Below the pieces are notes generated by a model that was not told the origin of the DNA, did not search any database, and saw only the letters and a program-made list of their open reading frames with translations. This document shows positions 1 through 12,016 of a DNA stretch of 64,000 nucleotides, piece after piece. Position 1 is the first letter of the stretch; the number at the start of each line of letters is the position of its first letter. Source of the stretch: Octopus vulgaris (lineage: Eukaryota); the NCBI GenBank assembly GCA_951406725.2, contig OX597816.1, forward strand, positions 147,188,001 through 147,252,000, in the 5' to 3' direction. The position numbers and the translations under genes were made by a program.

Positions 1-940
1 ATTGGATTAGATCATGGTTTCATACACTAAAAGCCCGAGTAATTTTAAAAGCTCACGATACTAAACTTCGAGCAATAGTAGGCTTCTGGAATTTTTCTGT
101 AAATACAATAATTGGCAATTACGCACACAGTCAATTACCGTTCACCTTAAAATTACAGAGCATTCACCAACCATTAATCAATCCTATTCCTAAAGAAACT
201 CAGTATAATTACAGCAAAGCTTTATATTCAACAATGTTTTACAAACAAATGCTAATACATTTGCTTGTAAAAGTAAATGAACCCCTTCCGTTTAGTATAA
301 TGAAGAGCAACGCAAATTTGCTTAATGTGACAATTTTGCAAGAGGAAACATCACAGTGAATGATATCGTAGATCATACCTCAAATCGATGTAATCTAAAT
401 GTTTAAAATTCGAAACCTCAGTCCTACCCACAATATATAAACTGAATAATGTACTTTTTAAATAGCTGAAACTAATATTCTTTCAGAGAAAAGAAAATCC
501 TTCGAAAGGATTAGATAGTGATATGCCTGAACTAGAAAAAGAAACCTATATCCAATCTGGATAATCTTTTAATTAGCATTGATGTGGAGTAAGAGACAGA
601 ATAGAAGGAACTCAGGTTTCAAGTAAAACCTTTTTATTTCAAGCCCAAGCCATGTAATCGTGAATTGTCGGGAGAATACTCACTACAATATTTTAAATCA
701 TGTAGCGGATGACTGAAGTGTTCATAAATAGCTTACAAAGTACTACTTGTTTCCACGTCTACTGTATTCAACAATTAAATTAGTAAATGATTTCTATTTC
801 CGCTTGATGAAATTTGAAAAGAAATTTTAGTCACCTGATGCATAACGGGAGACACCGAATCTGCCCCTCCCGGTCAAAAGATTTAGTACCATCGTGTACA
901 GTAAAATAATTCATATGGGCCTATTGCTTTTTGTTCATTT

Positions 941-1060
941 TCTATTATATAAAATCCGTTCTGTCTGCCTGTGTGTGTTTTCTAGGATCTCGAGCATCCT
1001 CCATCCGATTGCGCTCAAATTTGATAAGTAGATACAGAGCGTCTATAAGTCTTGAAAAAA
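941..1060 (+). mobile_element. Possible 5' end of a non-autonomous Helitron-like element
   Basis: TCTATTATATAAAA followed by a CTGTCTG/TGTG microsatellite and CCGATT..CTCAAATTTG, resembling Helitron/DINE-like 5' ends. No 3' hairpin/CTAG identified. Confidence 0.3.
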
Positions 1061-1906
1061 TTACGTACGCGAGGAAAATGTACGTGTAGTTTGCTCAAAA
1101 AATGCCAGCTGTCTTGAAATAATGCGGCAAAATGCAGTATATTTAAGAGACTAAACATGTAAGATGCAAAAGAGATATTTTCTTCAAACTTGGCATGAAG
1201 GAAAGAAAGACTATTTGGTTTCTCAAGAAGGTTTTTTTTTTCTTACCTTCACTTCGTTTAACAAAACCAAAAATTTTATTGCAATAAAGGCATGCTTAAT
1301 TACTTTTTAATGAAAAGAAAACACTAATTGCTTTTCATTCAGCAGATAGGATTCAGAACCGTTCATTGGACTGGGGGCATTTTGCTCGTGAATGTATAAA
1401 TAGCAGAGTGACGAACATTTAAAGACGCAGTATCCTGTCGAAAATAAGCATAGTTACCGTTAAAATGTGGTATCTTACATGATGTTTATAGTTGGCCTAT
1501 GGTTCTTAGATACCCACTCCAACACTTTAAGAGCTGGTTGACAAATTGGTCTCGGGTTATATTTTCACATGGAATGATACTAAAACATTAACCTGATGAT
1601 AAATCTCTAACATTTCAATAAATATTTTACTGTCTCTCCAAATTAAATCTAATCTTTTGTCGTAGATTAATATTGAAGTTTATTTAAACCCTTTTAATGA
1701 AATAGTGCATCTATTGTTACAAGCGTATAAGAACAAAAACGATGTTTCGACCAATATAATTGGATCAATTTTTTAAATACTGATTAAGTATACAGCTATA
1801 CCCCGGAAATCATTTAAATTTGTACAATTTAAAAATTGTATAACGTGACCATTATTACAATACCAACATAGAAAGGCCTGTTTAGTATGAGCGAGCGATA
1901 TCAGAT

Positions 1907-1912
1907 TTTATT
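1907..1912 (-). promoter_or_regulatory. Candidate polyadenylation signal for the HMG gene
   Basis: AATAAA on the minus strand ~240 nt after the stop codon. The AT-rich context lowers specificity. Confidence 0.4.
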
Positions 1913-2151
1913 TAACATTTAAAAGATATTTAATGCACTTAAAAATTACATGTAAATAAGTTAAAAGTACAAAACTATTAAGGCAATAAATGTTGGTTTG
2001 TGTCCCAAAATCCCATTATGGGAAGATACTTCAAAGGATGAAACTTTAAAATACATTGCGTGCGTAAAGAGAACGTGTCTTTTGTGTAATTCAAAACAAT
2101 TTATATTTAAAATTTGTTTCCAAATAAAGAACGAGGTGATAACAAACGAAA

Positions 2152-2751
2152 TTATACATCAACCTCACTTTCAAAGTTTTCGTTATGAAACTTTTCTCTT
2201 CGAGGTCGCTTTGCCAGTTGAACTTCATCTTTTTTACCATTCACGTAATTTTCCTTCTCTTGTTGGTATCGAGCCTGGTCCTCGAGGAATTGTTTTGTAT
2301 AAACTTTCTTTTTCATATCTGGAAGAATGCGCCACTCTTCAGCGGCTTTCGAAATTAGGGCTGATGCCTTCATTTTACCGGAATTGTTTTTCCGATAATC
2401 TTTCAAAAACATCAAATAAGCTGACTGGGGACGTTTTGGCTTCATATTATCAGAATCATTGTTCAGCTTTCCGGTTTCTTGAAGCCATCTCTCGCGGTCT
2501 TTTAAGGCCATGTCTTCATATATTTTCTTCTCATCAGGGGGTAAAGTTTTCCATTTCCCGGCGTATATCCTAGAGAATTCAGTCACTTTTAATGGAGTGT
2601 TACCGAGTCTATTATTTTCTGCACGGCAATTTGCAAGGTAGTAAAAGTATGCTGTCGTCGGTCTTTTAGGCTTCGAAGGGTCACTTTCTTTCTTTCTTGA
2701 GGCATCTGCTTTTTTGCGGCTCTTCTTTTCCATATCTGGGTATTCAGCCAT
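2152..2751 (-). CDS. Intronless HMGB-like protein with two HMG boxes (199 aa from the first ATG)
   Basis: Box A DPSKPKRPTTAYFYYL...KWKTLPPDEKKIYEDMALKDRERW and box B KPKRPQSAYLMFLKDYR...AAEEWRILPDMKKKVY...DQARYQQE. Basic N-terminus, short acidic end (ENFESEVDV). The track start at 2781 is TTG; the first ATG is at 2751 (MAEYPDM). No stops or introns. Confidence 0.9.
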   Translation of the reverse strand: MAEYPDMEKKSRKKADASRKKESDPSKPKRPTTAYFYYLANCRAENNRLGNTPLKVTEFSRIYAGKWKTLPPDEKKIYEDMALKDRERWLQETGKLNNDSDNMKPKRPQSAYLMFLKDYRKNNSGKMKASALISKAAEEWRILPDMKKKVYTKQFLEDQARYQQEKENYVNGKKDEVQLAKRPRREKFHNENFESEVDV

Positions 2752-2881
2752 CAAACTATATCGCAGCCAAATAAACAGCAAAAATCACGTAGTTTAACAG
2801 CAAATTGTGCTTTCTTTATTTTCGTTCAATTTTAAAAACAGCCGTTTTCTATTCTCCACCAGTGCTTTTTTTCTGAAGTCA

Positions 2882-2914
2882 AACTAACTGTGTGAAAAAA
2901 TATTCACCTATATA
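2882..2914 (-). promoter_or_regulatory. Putative core promoter of the HMG gene (TATA + Inr)
   Basis: Minus-strand TATATAG (2914-2908) lies ~29 nt upstream of an Inr-like TTAGTT (2887-2882), ~135 nt before the ATG. The spacing is canonical. Confidence 0.55.
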
Positions 2915-3607
2915 TGCCTCCAATATAATTTACATATTATACACTACCCATTAATATTGAATATGTAAAAACAATAAAGCTGCCACCTGTAACAATAAGA
3001 TGAACTGCACACCAACGCTCCTACATTTAATATATAACAGTATATAGGAACTATCGAATATTATGTTTTGACTCTCCTCTTTATCTTTCTTGTATTTTGA
3101 TATTTGAATTTCTATTTAGAAGCAAACATCAAAAAATGTCCAATAGATGTGTATAGAAGTATTTTTTTCATATCTTTATTACTATTTTCTCAAATAAGTC
3201 CTACAGGCGGTATTGTGAATTTAAACTGCACACTTTCAAATCTTTTACGTTTCCTAATATTTTTTTCAAATTAATGAATTTCTTCGGGCATTTTCCTTGT
3301 GCTTTTCTTCTTTAAATATTTTAAAAGCCCAAATTTTATTGAATGGCTAAAGTTATAATAATCCTTCCCTCATATCTTAAATCAATTATACCTATGACCG
3401 GAATAATAAAATCAAGAATGCAATATTATTTGCTAGTTTCACATATGACAACCGGAGATAATTAATGAAAATTATATTAGGTCCACGTAATAAGAGTAAC
3501 GAGCATTGTAAATTAAGCATTAAAATGAGTTACGTCCTTAACTCATGAGTGTAATTTTCTACTTGAAATGAATCCTTTTCAGTAAAATTGAGAAGGATGT
3601 AATAAAA

Positions 3608-4120
3608 GATATGCGTTTGTCGGGTAAGAAAATTTCCCCCAACACCATGTTTCTGTGTTCAATCACACTGCGTGGCACGTTTGGCAAGTATTTTCTACTA
3701 TAAGCTCTGGTCGGGTAAATCCTTGTAAGTGGATTTAGTAGACGAAAACTGAAGGTTTAATCCATTTACAGCCGACTGAACTGGACCAACGTAGTATGAA
3801 GTGTTTTGCTCAAGAACACAACGCACCGGAGCTGGAATGGGACCGACGATCGTGACTGCAAATGCTAGCCACTAGGCTGCACGTCTACATAAAACACAGG
3901 TGTTTGTATGTGTCATATCTGCATTGGTGTTGGCGTTTTTGGTCCCAGTAACCTAACTGTTCGGCAAAAGATGCCTATATAGTAAGTACCAAGCTTAAAT
4001 AGAAAGTGCTTGGGGCGAGTCACTCGAGTAAAATCCTTCAAGGCAGAGCCCCAGCAAGACGGTACCCCAGCAAGGCAGGCCCCCAGCAAGCCTAATAACT
4101 GAAACCAGTAAAAGAAAAAG
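3608..4120 (+). mobile_element. Degenerate SINE family A interrupted by an antisense family-C-like SINE (~3770-3890)
   Basis: Head ...GGTAAGAA...GTTCAATCACACTGCGTGGCACGTTTGGCAAGT, body GTTCGGCAAAAGA and tail CCCCAGCA...ACTGAAACCAGTAAAAGA are homologous to 54122-54553. Confidence 0.7.
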
Positions 4121-4702
4121 CTAAAGACGTCCTTCTAAAATTATTTTTTTAATTCTTGGCCACACATGAAATCGGTGAAAACCGACATTCTATTAAATCT
4201 AATTTATATAAATACATGCATCTATATATATTTGTAACTCTTCACTTAAAATTGGGCTTTCAGTTATAATGACATATTTTCAAATTATTTACTACATAGC
4301 GTTTAAATTTTCTTTTTCACCGAGGGAAATACAAACACTCCTATCAATACGTTGATGATTAGCGGTAATTTACGTTTATTAATTCGTTTTGCAAGATTCC
4401 TTATGTGAAATCGTGTGTTGAAACAGATATTGTTGTATTTGGGACGGTCATTTTGTTTTTGCCAAATAAACACACGCACTATATTTATTTTTCTTCACTC
4501 CTTTATTGCTGTTCCTATTTTATTATTTTAACTCATATCCGGAAATTTTTCGTCATATATTTGACCGCTTTTCGTTTTCGTGTGTGTTCTTGCTCCACTT
4601 ACTGCATTCTGTTCTTCTAAGATATGTATCCCTATGTGCGCATGCGCTTGTGTCCTTGTTTGTGTGTGTCATAGTTTCTTAGCAGCAGTGCGGCCTTCCC
4701 TT

Positions 4703-4937
4703 AAGGCGGCTAACTGGCAGAATCGTTAGTACGCCTGGCGAAATGCTTAGTGAAAATTTCGTCTGCTGTTACGTTCTGAGTTCAAATTCCGCCGAGGTCG
4801 ACTTTCCCCTTCGTCCTTTCGGGGTCGATAAATTAAGTACCAGTTACGCACTGAGGTAGATGTAATCGACTTAATCCCTTTGTCTGTCCTTGTTTGTCCC
4901 CTCTATGTTTAGCCCCTTGTGGGCAATAAGGAAATAA
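4703..4937 (+). mobile_element. SINE family B with ~16 bp TSD
   Basis: tRNA-like head (TGGCAGAATCG...GAGTTCAAATTCC), central GGTCGACTTT..CCTTTCGGGGTCGATAAATTAAGTACC domain, tail AGCCCCTTGTGGGCAATAAGGAAATA. Flanked by AGTGCGGCCTTCCCTT / AGTGTGGCCTTCTCTT. Confidence 0.85.
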
Positions 4938-5369
4938 GTGTGGCCTTCTCTTCAGCCCCATCCTATTCAACCCATTGTGCTACTGCTGTCCAAAGACCCG
5001 AAAAAATGGTACAGTTCCGATGTTGCCTTCGTGGTAGTTGTTGTTATCTTCTTTTTTTTCTTCTTTTTTTCTTCGTCTTTTTCCAATCAGGACTCACGCA
5101 TTTAGCCACAAAAAATAATCTCTAATTCGAGCCTAATCCAATCTACTAAGAATGCGTTTGGCAACTTGAATATACACCCACCACACGCGAGAGAACTGGC
5201 AGTTGCACGGGCGCGAAAGCTACGTTGTTATCCCCATTCTGTAAACGATGACTTTTATCGGGTGGAGAGCTGAACCATCCTGGGGTACAGAGGATTCGCA
5301 ATCTAGACTAGAGTCTGAAAGTTTACCACATCATAGTGGGTTACGCTATGGTTCCTCTTCTTTGGGGCA

Positions 5370-5559
5370 GAAGAAGGAAGAAAGAGTGAGAGAAAGTTGT
5401 GGTGAAAGAGCACAGCGGGGTTCCCCACCCCCGACGGAGGCTCGTAGAGCTTAGGTGTTTTTGCTCAAGAAACACTCACAATGCCCGATCTGGGAATTGA
5501 AACCGCGTTCTTACGACCGCGAGTCCGCTTCCCTAACCACTGGGCCATTGTGCCTCCAC
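5370..5559 (-). mobile_element. SINE family C (tRNA-derived head, possibly tRNA-Arg-like)
   Basis: Minus strand GGAGGCACAATGGCCCAGTGGTTAGG (A box)...GACTCGCGGTC...GGTTTCAATTCCC (B box). Homologous to 53556-53859. Confidence 0.8.
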
Positions 5560-5782
5560 AGTTGTTGTTGTTGTTGTCGTTATTGCCATCGTAGGTAGCA
5601 CCGCTGCTGCTGGCCGTGTTAGTTGAAGTTTCATGTGTGTGTGTATGTATGTATGTATAGGTTCGCTTCGTATGTATCCATGCCCACGTAGACAAAAAAG
5701 AACTTGGTAATTTGACTGCAGTATGATTAAAAAATGTGAATATTCTGTGTATATTCTCTGATTTCTATTAATTATATATACA

Positions 5783-6325
5783 CAGGGTGGCCCAAAAAGT
5801 AGGTTTACAGTTATCACGTAGGCACTTTAAATTTCTTTTAAAATATTTTATTACTTTGAAATTTCTATCTTGCAATCATGTTTATGCACATCTTAATCAG
5901 ACAATGTTCAATGTCTCAGCGGCTTAAAACGTCCTCCTTCAACATTGCAACATTCTTCAAACCTCTTCAAAACAGACTGAAATACAGTGCAGCACAAATT
6001 CCGATCTCCATCAATGTCAGTGTATGTGTCAGAAATGTAATCTTTTTATTCATTTACTGTTTGGGGATTCTTCTCATAAACCTTCTTCTTTACAACACCC
6101 GCAAAAGGGAAATCCATTTTCTTTGCTCTCTATTTAAATTGATTGCCCGTAGCTCACATTTTACAATACCGGTAAAAAAAAAAAAAAACAATTACAAACT
6201 GGTAAGGGGAGCTTCACATAATTAACTAAATTATCATAGAGAAATGGTTTCATATATATATATATATATTTTAATATGCGAAAGAGAAAGTTGAATAACA
6301 GTAAACCTGCTTTTCGGCCACCCTG
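5783..6325 (-). mobile_element. Tc1/mariner-type internally deleted DNA transposon
   Basis: ~30 bp TIRs CAGGGTGGCCCAAAAAGTAGGTTTACAGTT / AACAGTAAACCTGCTTTTCGGCCACCCTG, with TA on the right. Minus strand ~5910-6120 encodes a decayed transposase C-terminus (DFLLRGVVKKKVYEKNPQTVNE*...RFEECCNVEGGRF). Confidence 0.8.
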
Positions 6326-6351
6326 TATATGTGTGTGTGTGGGGGGGGGTA

Positions 6352-6520
6352 TTCTTTTATTCTTTTCCTAGTTTCAGTAATTTAGCCTTTAATCGAACAA
6401 ATCGACCCCTGGACTTATTCTTTGTAAGCCTAACACTTATTCTATTGCGTCTCTTTTGCCGAATCACTAAGTTATGGGGACGTAAACACACCAACATCAT
6501 TTGTCATGTGATGGTGACAC
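6352..6520 (-). mobile_element. 3' part of SINE family A
   Basis: Reverse complement contains GTGTGTTTACGTCCCCATAACTTAG..TTCGGCAAAAGAGA...CTGAAACTAGGAAAAGAATAAAAGAAT, matching the other family A copies. Confidence 0.7.
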
Positions 6521-6582
6521 ACAATATACACACACGCGCATATATATATATAAATACATACATACACACACATACACATATA

Positions 6583-8693
6583 TATAATCAGAAAATGGAG
6601 AAAACCACATTCATAGCTTTTTTTTATTACAAAGCATGATATAACAACTGGGTGACGTAACAAATATTACGGCCGTTTCCGATCCACTACCAAAACGCTG
6701 ACTATAAATAAACGCGAGAATAAATTTATTTATCTTCATAGAACACTCGAATTAAGGCACGGAGCTTCATCAGAGTAAAAAACAAGAACATACAATATAA
6801 ACAAAGGGAAGAAGGAAAAGGAAAGAAAACATGGCCTAGAAAAAGAAGCCTAGAAATCCAATATAATTAATTCAAATCCTCAATTTTATTTAAATTTCAA
6901 TTTTAGCATTTTCTATCTTGTTTGCTTTCTTTACCCTCTAGCACCTTTTATACCATAGATGTATTTGTCGACACTTGCTGGAATTTAGATTTATTTCATT
7001 ACTAACTTGTCCTTCCCTCCACTCACTGCCCTTCCCCCGCATTATAGCCCTACATATTTGCGAATAATATTAGCCCCATGTTTGATTTATTCATCTTATT
7101 TCATTTTTTCTTTTATATGTTATTTTTTAATTTAATCTCACTCTATGTCCACCCTCTCCCACCATACATTCTGTGTCTGTGTCTGCTTGTTTCTGGGACT
7201 ATGTTAGTTAGGCTTACCAGGAGATGTTTGTATAAATTTGATGTACTATGTAGAACTGTAAGTGTAACCCATTGATTGAAATTTTATGTCTGCTCCCACT
7301 TAGTGTTGATATATTATTTGTTTATAATTTTTAAATTATTAGATTTATTGATTGGAATAATCTAATTTTAGGTTAATGTAATATAAGCACAGCCTATTAA
7401 AATGTAATTATATTTTTTGCACCCATTTTGAGTTAATATACCTTTGTTTATAATCTTTAATGATTAGATTTAATTAGTATTTCATTGTAATCTTAGGGTA
7501 TGTGTTGTTGCTTTTTAAGTATGTTTAGTAAATTGTTTGAATTAAGGAAACTTTACTCATAGTACTGATTTGCCAGTGGACCAGGTATTAACTCTACACA
7601 TATAGTGCCTATATACTCTTTTAAATTGTATATGTATTGCTTATTAAGCATTTTTAGTATACTTTGGCAACTTGTGAGTTTTATTACTTGATAATAATTA
7701 ACACATGATTTGGTCTTAAATATTAACCACCTAATTGTAAGTGACTTTTTATTTGTGTATTTTTCTTGCGTGCCTGTATATATCTAATTATTATCACAAT
7801 TCGCTATACTCGAGGTTAAGTCCCAATTCATTTGATAATACCTTTAATTAAATCGCTGAATTACCTGTACTTGTTGCCTCCCCATAACCACAACCAGAGG
7901 CTATTTACTTTTTTGACTGTTCCCTCATGTATGTCATAACGTTAAGCTGCTGAAAGACATAAGCGGCCCTGCACTACTTATATCATTGTATTTTTCTTTT
8001 CTTGTTTATTTTATTGATATATCCATTGTAACGGTTTTAACTTGTGATCTCGGTTCAAATAGTAACTGATCAATTGTAGAGACCACTGAACTTAGACTTG
8101 CCCCATTGTGGACCACATTTGGGGTTCTCGGTAATAATTTCTAAAGTTTCTTAAGCACCCTACGGTAATTGTTTTGAATATATTTACTTGAGTTTACTTC
8201 GTTAGCAGAGGTACCACCCTTTGATAATCATGTTGGTAATTTTCCTTAGATATGTATATATATATTCATAACTTCTTTACTTATATTTTTAATCATCTTG
8301 CCTCCCCCCTAACCGACCTTAAATTTAAACTACAGGTAAATAAATTGTAGTATTCCCTAGACCATTACTAGCTCACTCTTTTACCTACGGACCTCGTAGC
8401 CCCTAGATGATAGATTATATGCCTTTAATATATAGGGCATGTAAACTTATTTTCTAGGTCATGCTTTCTTTCATTTTCCTTCTTCTCTTCGTTTATATTG
8501 CATGCTCTTGCTTTTTACTCTCATGAAGCTCAGTGCTTTAACTCGAATGTCCTATGAAGATGAAGAACTTTATTCTCGCATTTACTTATTCACAGCGTTT
8601 TGGCAAGGAATCAGAAACGGCCGTAAGATTTGTTGCATCACCCATCCAATCGATGTGTTAGTTAATTTGAGGTTTTCTCTATTTTCTGATTAT
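6583..8693 (-). mobile_element. Decayed Penelope-like retroelement with inverted pseudo-LTRs
   Basis: 6583-6845 is the diverged reverse complement of 8448-8693. Both carry CT(G/C)ATGA...GAAACGGCCGTA hammerhead-like cores. The interior is an A-rich minus strand with a decayed RT-like motif (GTICVELIPGPLANQYYE resembles PLE G.AMGS...P.LAN.YM). Confidence 0.65.
6665..6778 (-). ncRNA. Hammerhead-ribozyme-like motif (PLE type I, extended stem II)
   Basis: CUGAUGA (6773-6767), 87 nt, then GAAAC-GGCC-GUA with a palindromic stem III as in PLE hammerheads. Stems I and II are degenerate. Confidence 0.5.
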
Positions 8694-8856
8694 TTGTATT
8701 TGTTTCCTGATGAACTCTTGTTTATACTGTTGTTACTTGCGCTCTATGTGCATACTGTGCCTGCACAATAATGCCCAGAGATAACACGGTTAACGGATAC
8801 CGATAGTACATAAGAATATTTTATCCCTCAGTCGGTTATTATAACTCTGTTTAGAC

Positions 8857-8963
8857 TATATACATACATACATACATACATACATACATACATACATACA
8901 TACATACACACATACATACATATATATATACATACATATATATATACATACATATATATATAT

Positions 8964-9010
<47 letters not shown>

Positions 9011-9061
9011 TACATATATATATATACATATATATATATACATATATATATACATACATAC
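8857..9061. repeat. (TA)n/(TACA)n microsatellite
   Basis: Direct reading. Confidence 0.95.
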
Positions 9062-9495
9062 ATGTGAGCGCTACATCATCTGCATGATGTGGAAAATATT
9101 CCATCAGCATTGCCCAAATGATGTTGGCATCACCTTTAAGGTACATCCAAGGCTTGGGCCCGTGCCATCCGCCCAAAACAAAAATCGCACTCTCATCTCA
9201 TAACAACAATACGGCACAATTATTTCACCTCAATTGGCGCTCTCTTTAACATTACACCAAAACACATTAAAACAGAAACTGACCCTATAGGGTTCAAGAA
9301 GTCTTTGGACAGATTCCTTCAAGAAATCCCGGATAAACCCCTACACCCGGATATGTCTCTGTAAACAATAACTCTCTACTTGAGTGGGCCATAGTGCCCA
9401 AATTCTGACTTGAAAGACTTCACCAGGTGGTGCTATTAAGTTAGACATGGCCTGGGCCAATAATGGCCGAAACCTATCAAAGTAAGTATAAGTAC
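9062..9495 (+). mobile_element. 5'-truncated LINE, sister subfamily of family A
   Basis: Encodes [25 protein letters not shown]...; its 3' UTR is nearly the same as family A, but the tail differs (AAAGTAAGTATAAGTA). Several small deletions. Microsatellite on both sides. Confidence 0.9.
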
Positions 9496-9882
9496 ATATA
9501 TATATATACATACTTATATATATATACATACATATATATATATATACATACATGTATATATATATATACATACATATATATATATATATACATACATATA
9601 TATATATATATATACATACATATATATATATACATACATATATATATATATACATATACATATATATATACATACATACATATATATATATATACATATA
9701 TATATATACATATATATATATACATACATATATATATACATACATATATATATATATATATACATACATACATATATATATATATATACATACATATATA
9801 TATATATATACATACATATATATATATATACATACATATATATATACATACATATATATATATATATAGATACATATATATA
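9496..9882. repeat. (TA)n/(TACA)n microsatellite
   Basis: Direct reading. Confidence 0.95.
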
Positions 9883-9974
9883 TAACTTAACTTAGAATAA
9901 CTTAGAAAGGTTTTGGCCAGTATTGGCCCAGGCCATGTCTAACTTAATAGCACCACCTGGTGAAGTCTTTCAGT

Positions 9975-11930
9975 TCAGGATTTGGGCACCAAGGCCCATT
10001 CGAGCAGAGAGTTATTGTTTGCGGAGACATATCCGGGTGTGGGTGGTTTGTCCGGTACTGTTTGAAGGAATTTGTCCAAAGACTTCTTGAATTTTGTGTG
10101 GTCAGTTTCTTTTTTGACGTGCCCTGGTGTAATGTTGAAGAGAGCAGGTCCAATTGAGGTGAAATAGTTGTGCCGTATTGTCGTTATGTGATGCGATTTA
10201 GATTTTTGTTGTGGACGGATGGCACGTGGTCCAAGCCTTGGATGCATTTTGAAGGTGATGCCAACATCATTCGGACAGTGCTGGTGGAATATTTTCCATA
10301 TCATACAGATAATGTAGCGTTCACGGCGTCGTTGGAGTGAATACAATTTCAGCTTCTCTAGTCTACCCCAATAGTCAAGGTCTGACATGCCATCTATCTT
10401 TTTTGTGATTGATCTTTGGGGAGCTTCAATTCTCATAATATTTTGTTTTGTGTAGGGAGACCACAGTGGACAGCAGTATTCAAGGTGGGGTCGGGCAAAA
10501 GTGGAGAAGAGAAGGATAATAGCGTGGGAATCTCTCGACTGGAAGGTTCTGAGAATCCAGGAACACATTCTGCGGGTCATGTCAACTTTGCTGCTTATAT
10601 GTGTAGCCCAGCTTATGTTGTTGTCCACTGTTACTCCCAGGTCTCTGATTTTGTTGGATGCCATGAGAATTTCTCCAGAAGGAAGAGAGTATGGGAGTTT
10701 CAGAGCGTCCTCCCTTCCAAAGTGGATCAGTTCAAATTTGTCTTCATTTAGCAACATGTTATTCTTTTCCGCCCATTGGACAACAGCCAGTAGGTCTGAC
10801 TGAAGGTTTATTCGGTCATCCACGCCATTGATGACCTTCTGGAGCTTGGAGTCATCAGCGAAGGTTCTGATGTTACTGTGTTTGATGGTATCAGTAATAT
10901 CATTTATGTAGATGATGAAGAGAAGTGGGCCCAACACAGTGCCTTGTGGGACACCACTGCTGACTTTGGCTGGGCTGGATTTGACTCCTTCGACTACAAC
11001 ATGTTGGGTTCTGTTAGACAGGAAGCACTTGATCCACTGCAGCAACTTTCCAGTGATACCAATATTGGACAGCTTTCTCAGAAGGATCTTATGATCAACC
11101 CTGTCAAAGGCCTTGCTGAAATCAAGGTAGATGACATCAGTGTTGGAACCTTCTCCCAAGGCTCTCAAAATGTCATCAAAATGATGCAGTAGCTGCGTCA
11201 AGCAATCTCTCCCATTACGGAATCCATGCTGGTTGGGGTTCAGTATATTATGCCTCTCAAGGAAGTGAGTCATACGCGATCTCAGCACCCTCTCAAATAC
11301 CTTGATGATATGAGAGGTGAGTGAGATTGGACGGTAATTCACGGCAAGCGATTTGTTTCCTTTTTGAAAACTGGGACAACAGACTGGGATAGAAGGTCCT
11401 CTGGTATATATCCAGCATCCAGTGAGTTCCGCCACAGATTGGCTAGAGGGGGTGCAAGTTGGTTTTGACACATCTTCAAGACACAAGCAGGGAACCTATC
11501 GGGACCTACTGCTGAATTATGCTTCATTTCCTTTATTGCTGCTAAGACATCAGGAGCGCCAAATGTTATGTCCGATAAAGTGTATTTGGGAGTAACATCA
11601 CTGATACAGCCCAGATCAGTCATATCAGGATTGCTGAAAACAGAGCAATATTGTTTCTGCAATATCTCCCCCATGGTTTTGGCATTGTCTTGAAGAGTAC
11701 CATTTTCATCAATCAGAGGGCCAACAGTAGAACCAGTGACTCTGTGTTTTTTTTGCAAATGAAAAGAACACTTTGGGATTGAGTTTGATCTTCTCAATGG
11801 CCCAGGCCTCTTCAGCTCTTCGCTGACTATTGATGATAGACATCATGTTGTTTTGGAGTTTATGTTTTTTAATCTCTAGCGACGAGATGGCAGTCAGGTT
11901 GGTGTGTTGCTGTTGACAGTATTTCAGCAT
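9975..11930 (-). pseudogene. Family A copy 1 reverse transcriptase ORF (two compensating homopolymer frameshifts)
   Basis: [33 protein letters not shown]. Relative to copy 2 there is one extra A at ~11750 and one missing A at ~11362 (possible sequencing errors). Confidence 0.85.
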
Positions 11931-12016
11931 GTTGATCTTTTTGTTGATTCTTTTAATTTTCCTTATGAGAGATTTTCTATTTCTAGGGATTCGACACTTA
12001 GATTTGTTTGCAGATC

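Noticed and set aside
1998-2573. 191-aa plus-strand ORF
   Set aside because: Antisense shadow of the HMG gene, with a non-ATG start and no motifs.
4703-5559. tRNA genes suggested by A/B boxes
   Set aside because: No complete cloverleaf; they are SINE heads with bodies, tails and TSDs.
10416-11192. Antisense ORFs conserved between LINE A copies (also 41554-42330)
   Set aside because: Conservation only reflects near-identity of the copies; non-ATG starts and no motifs.
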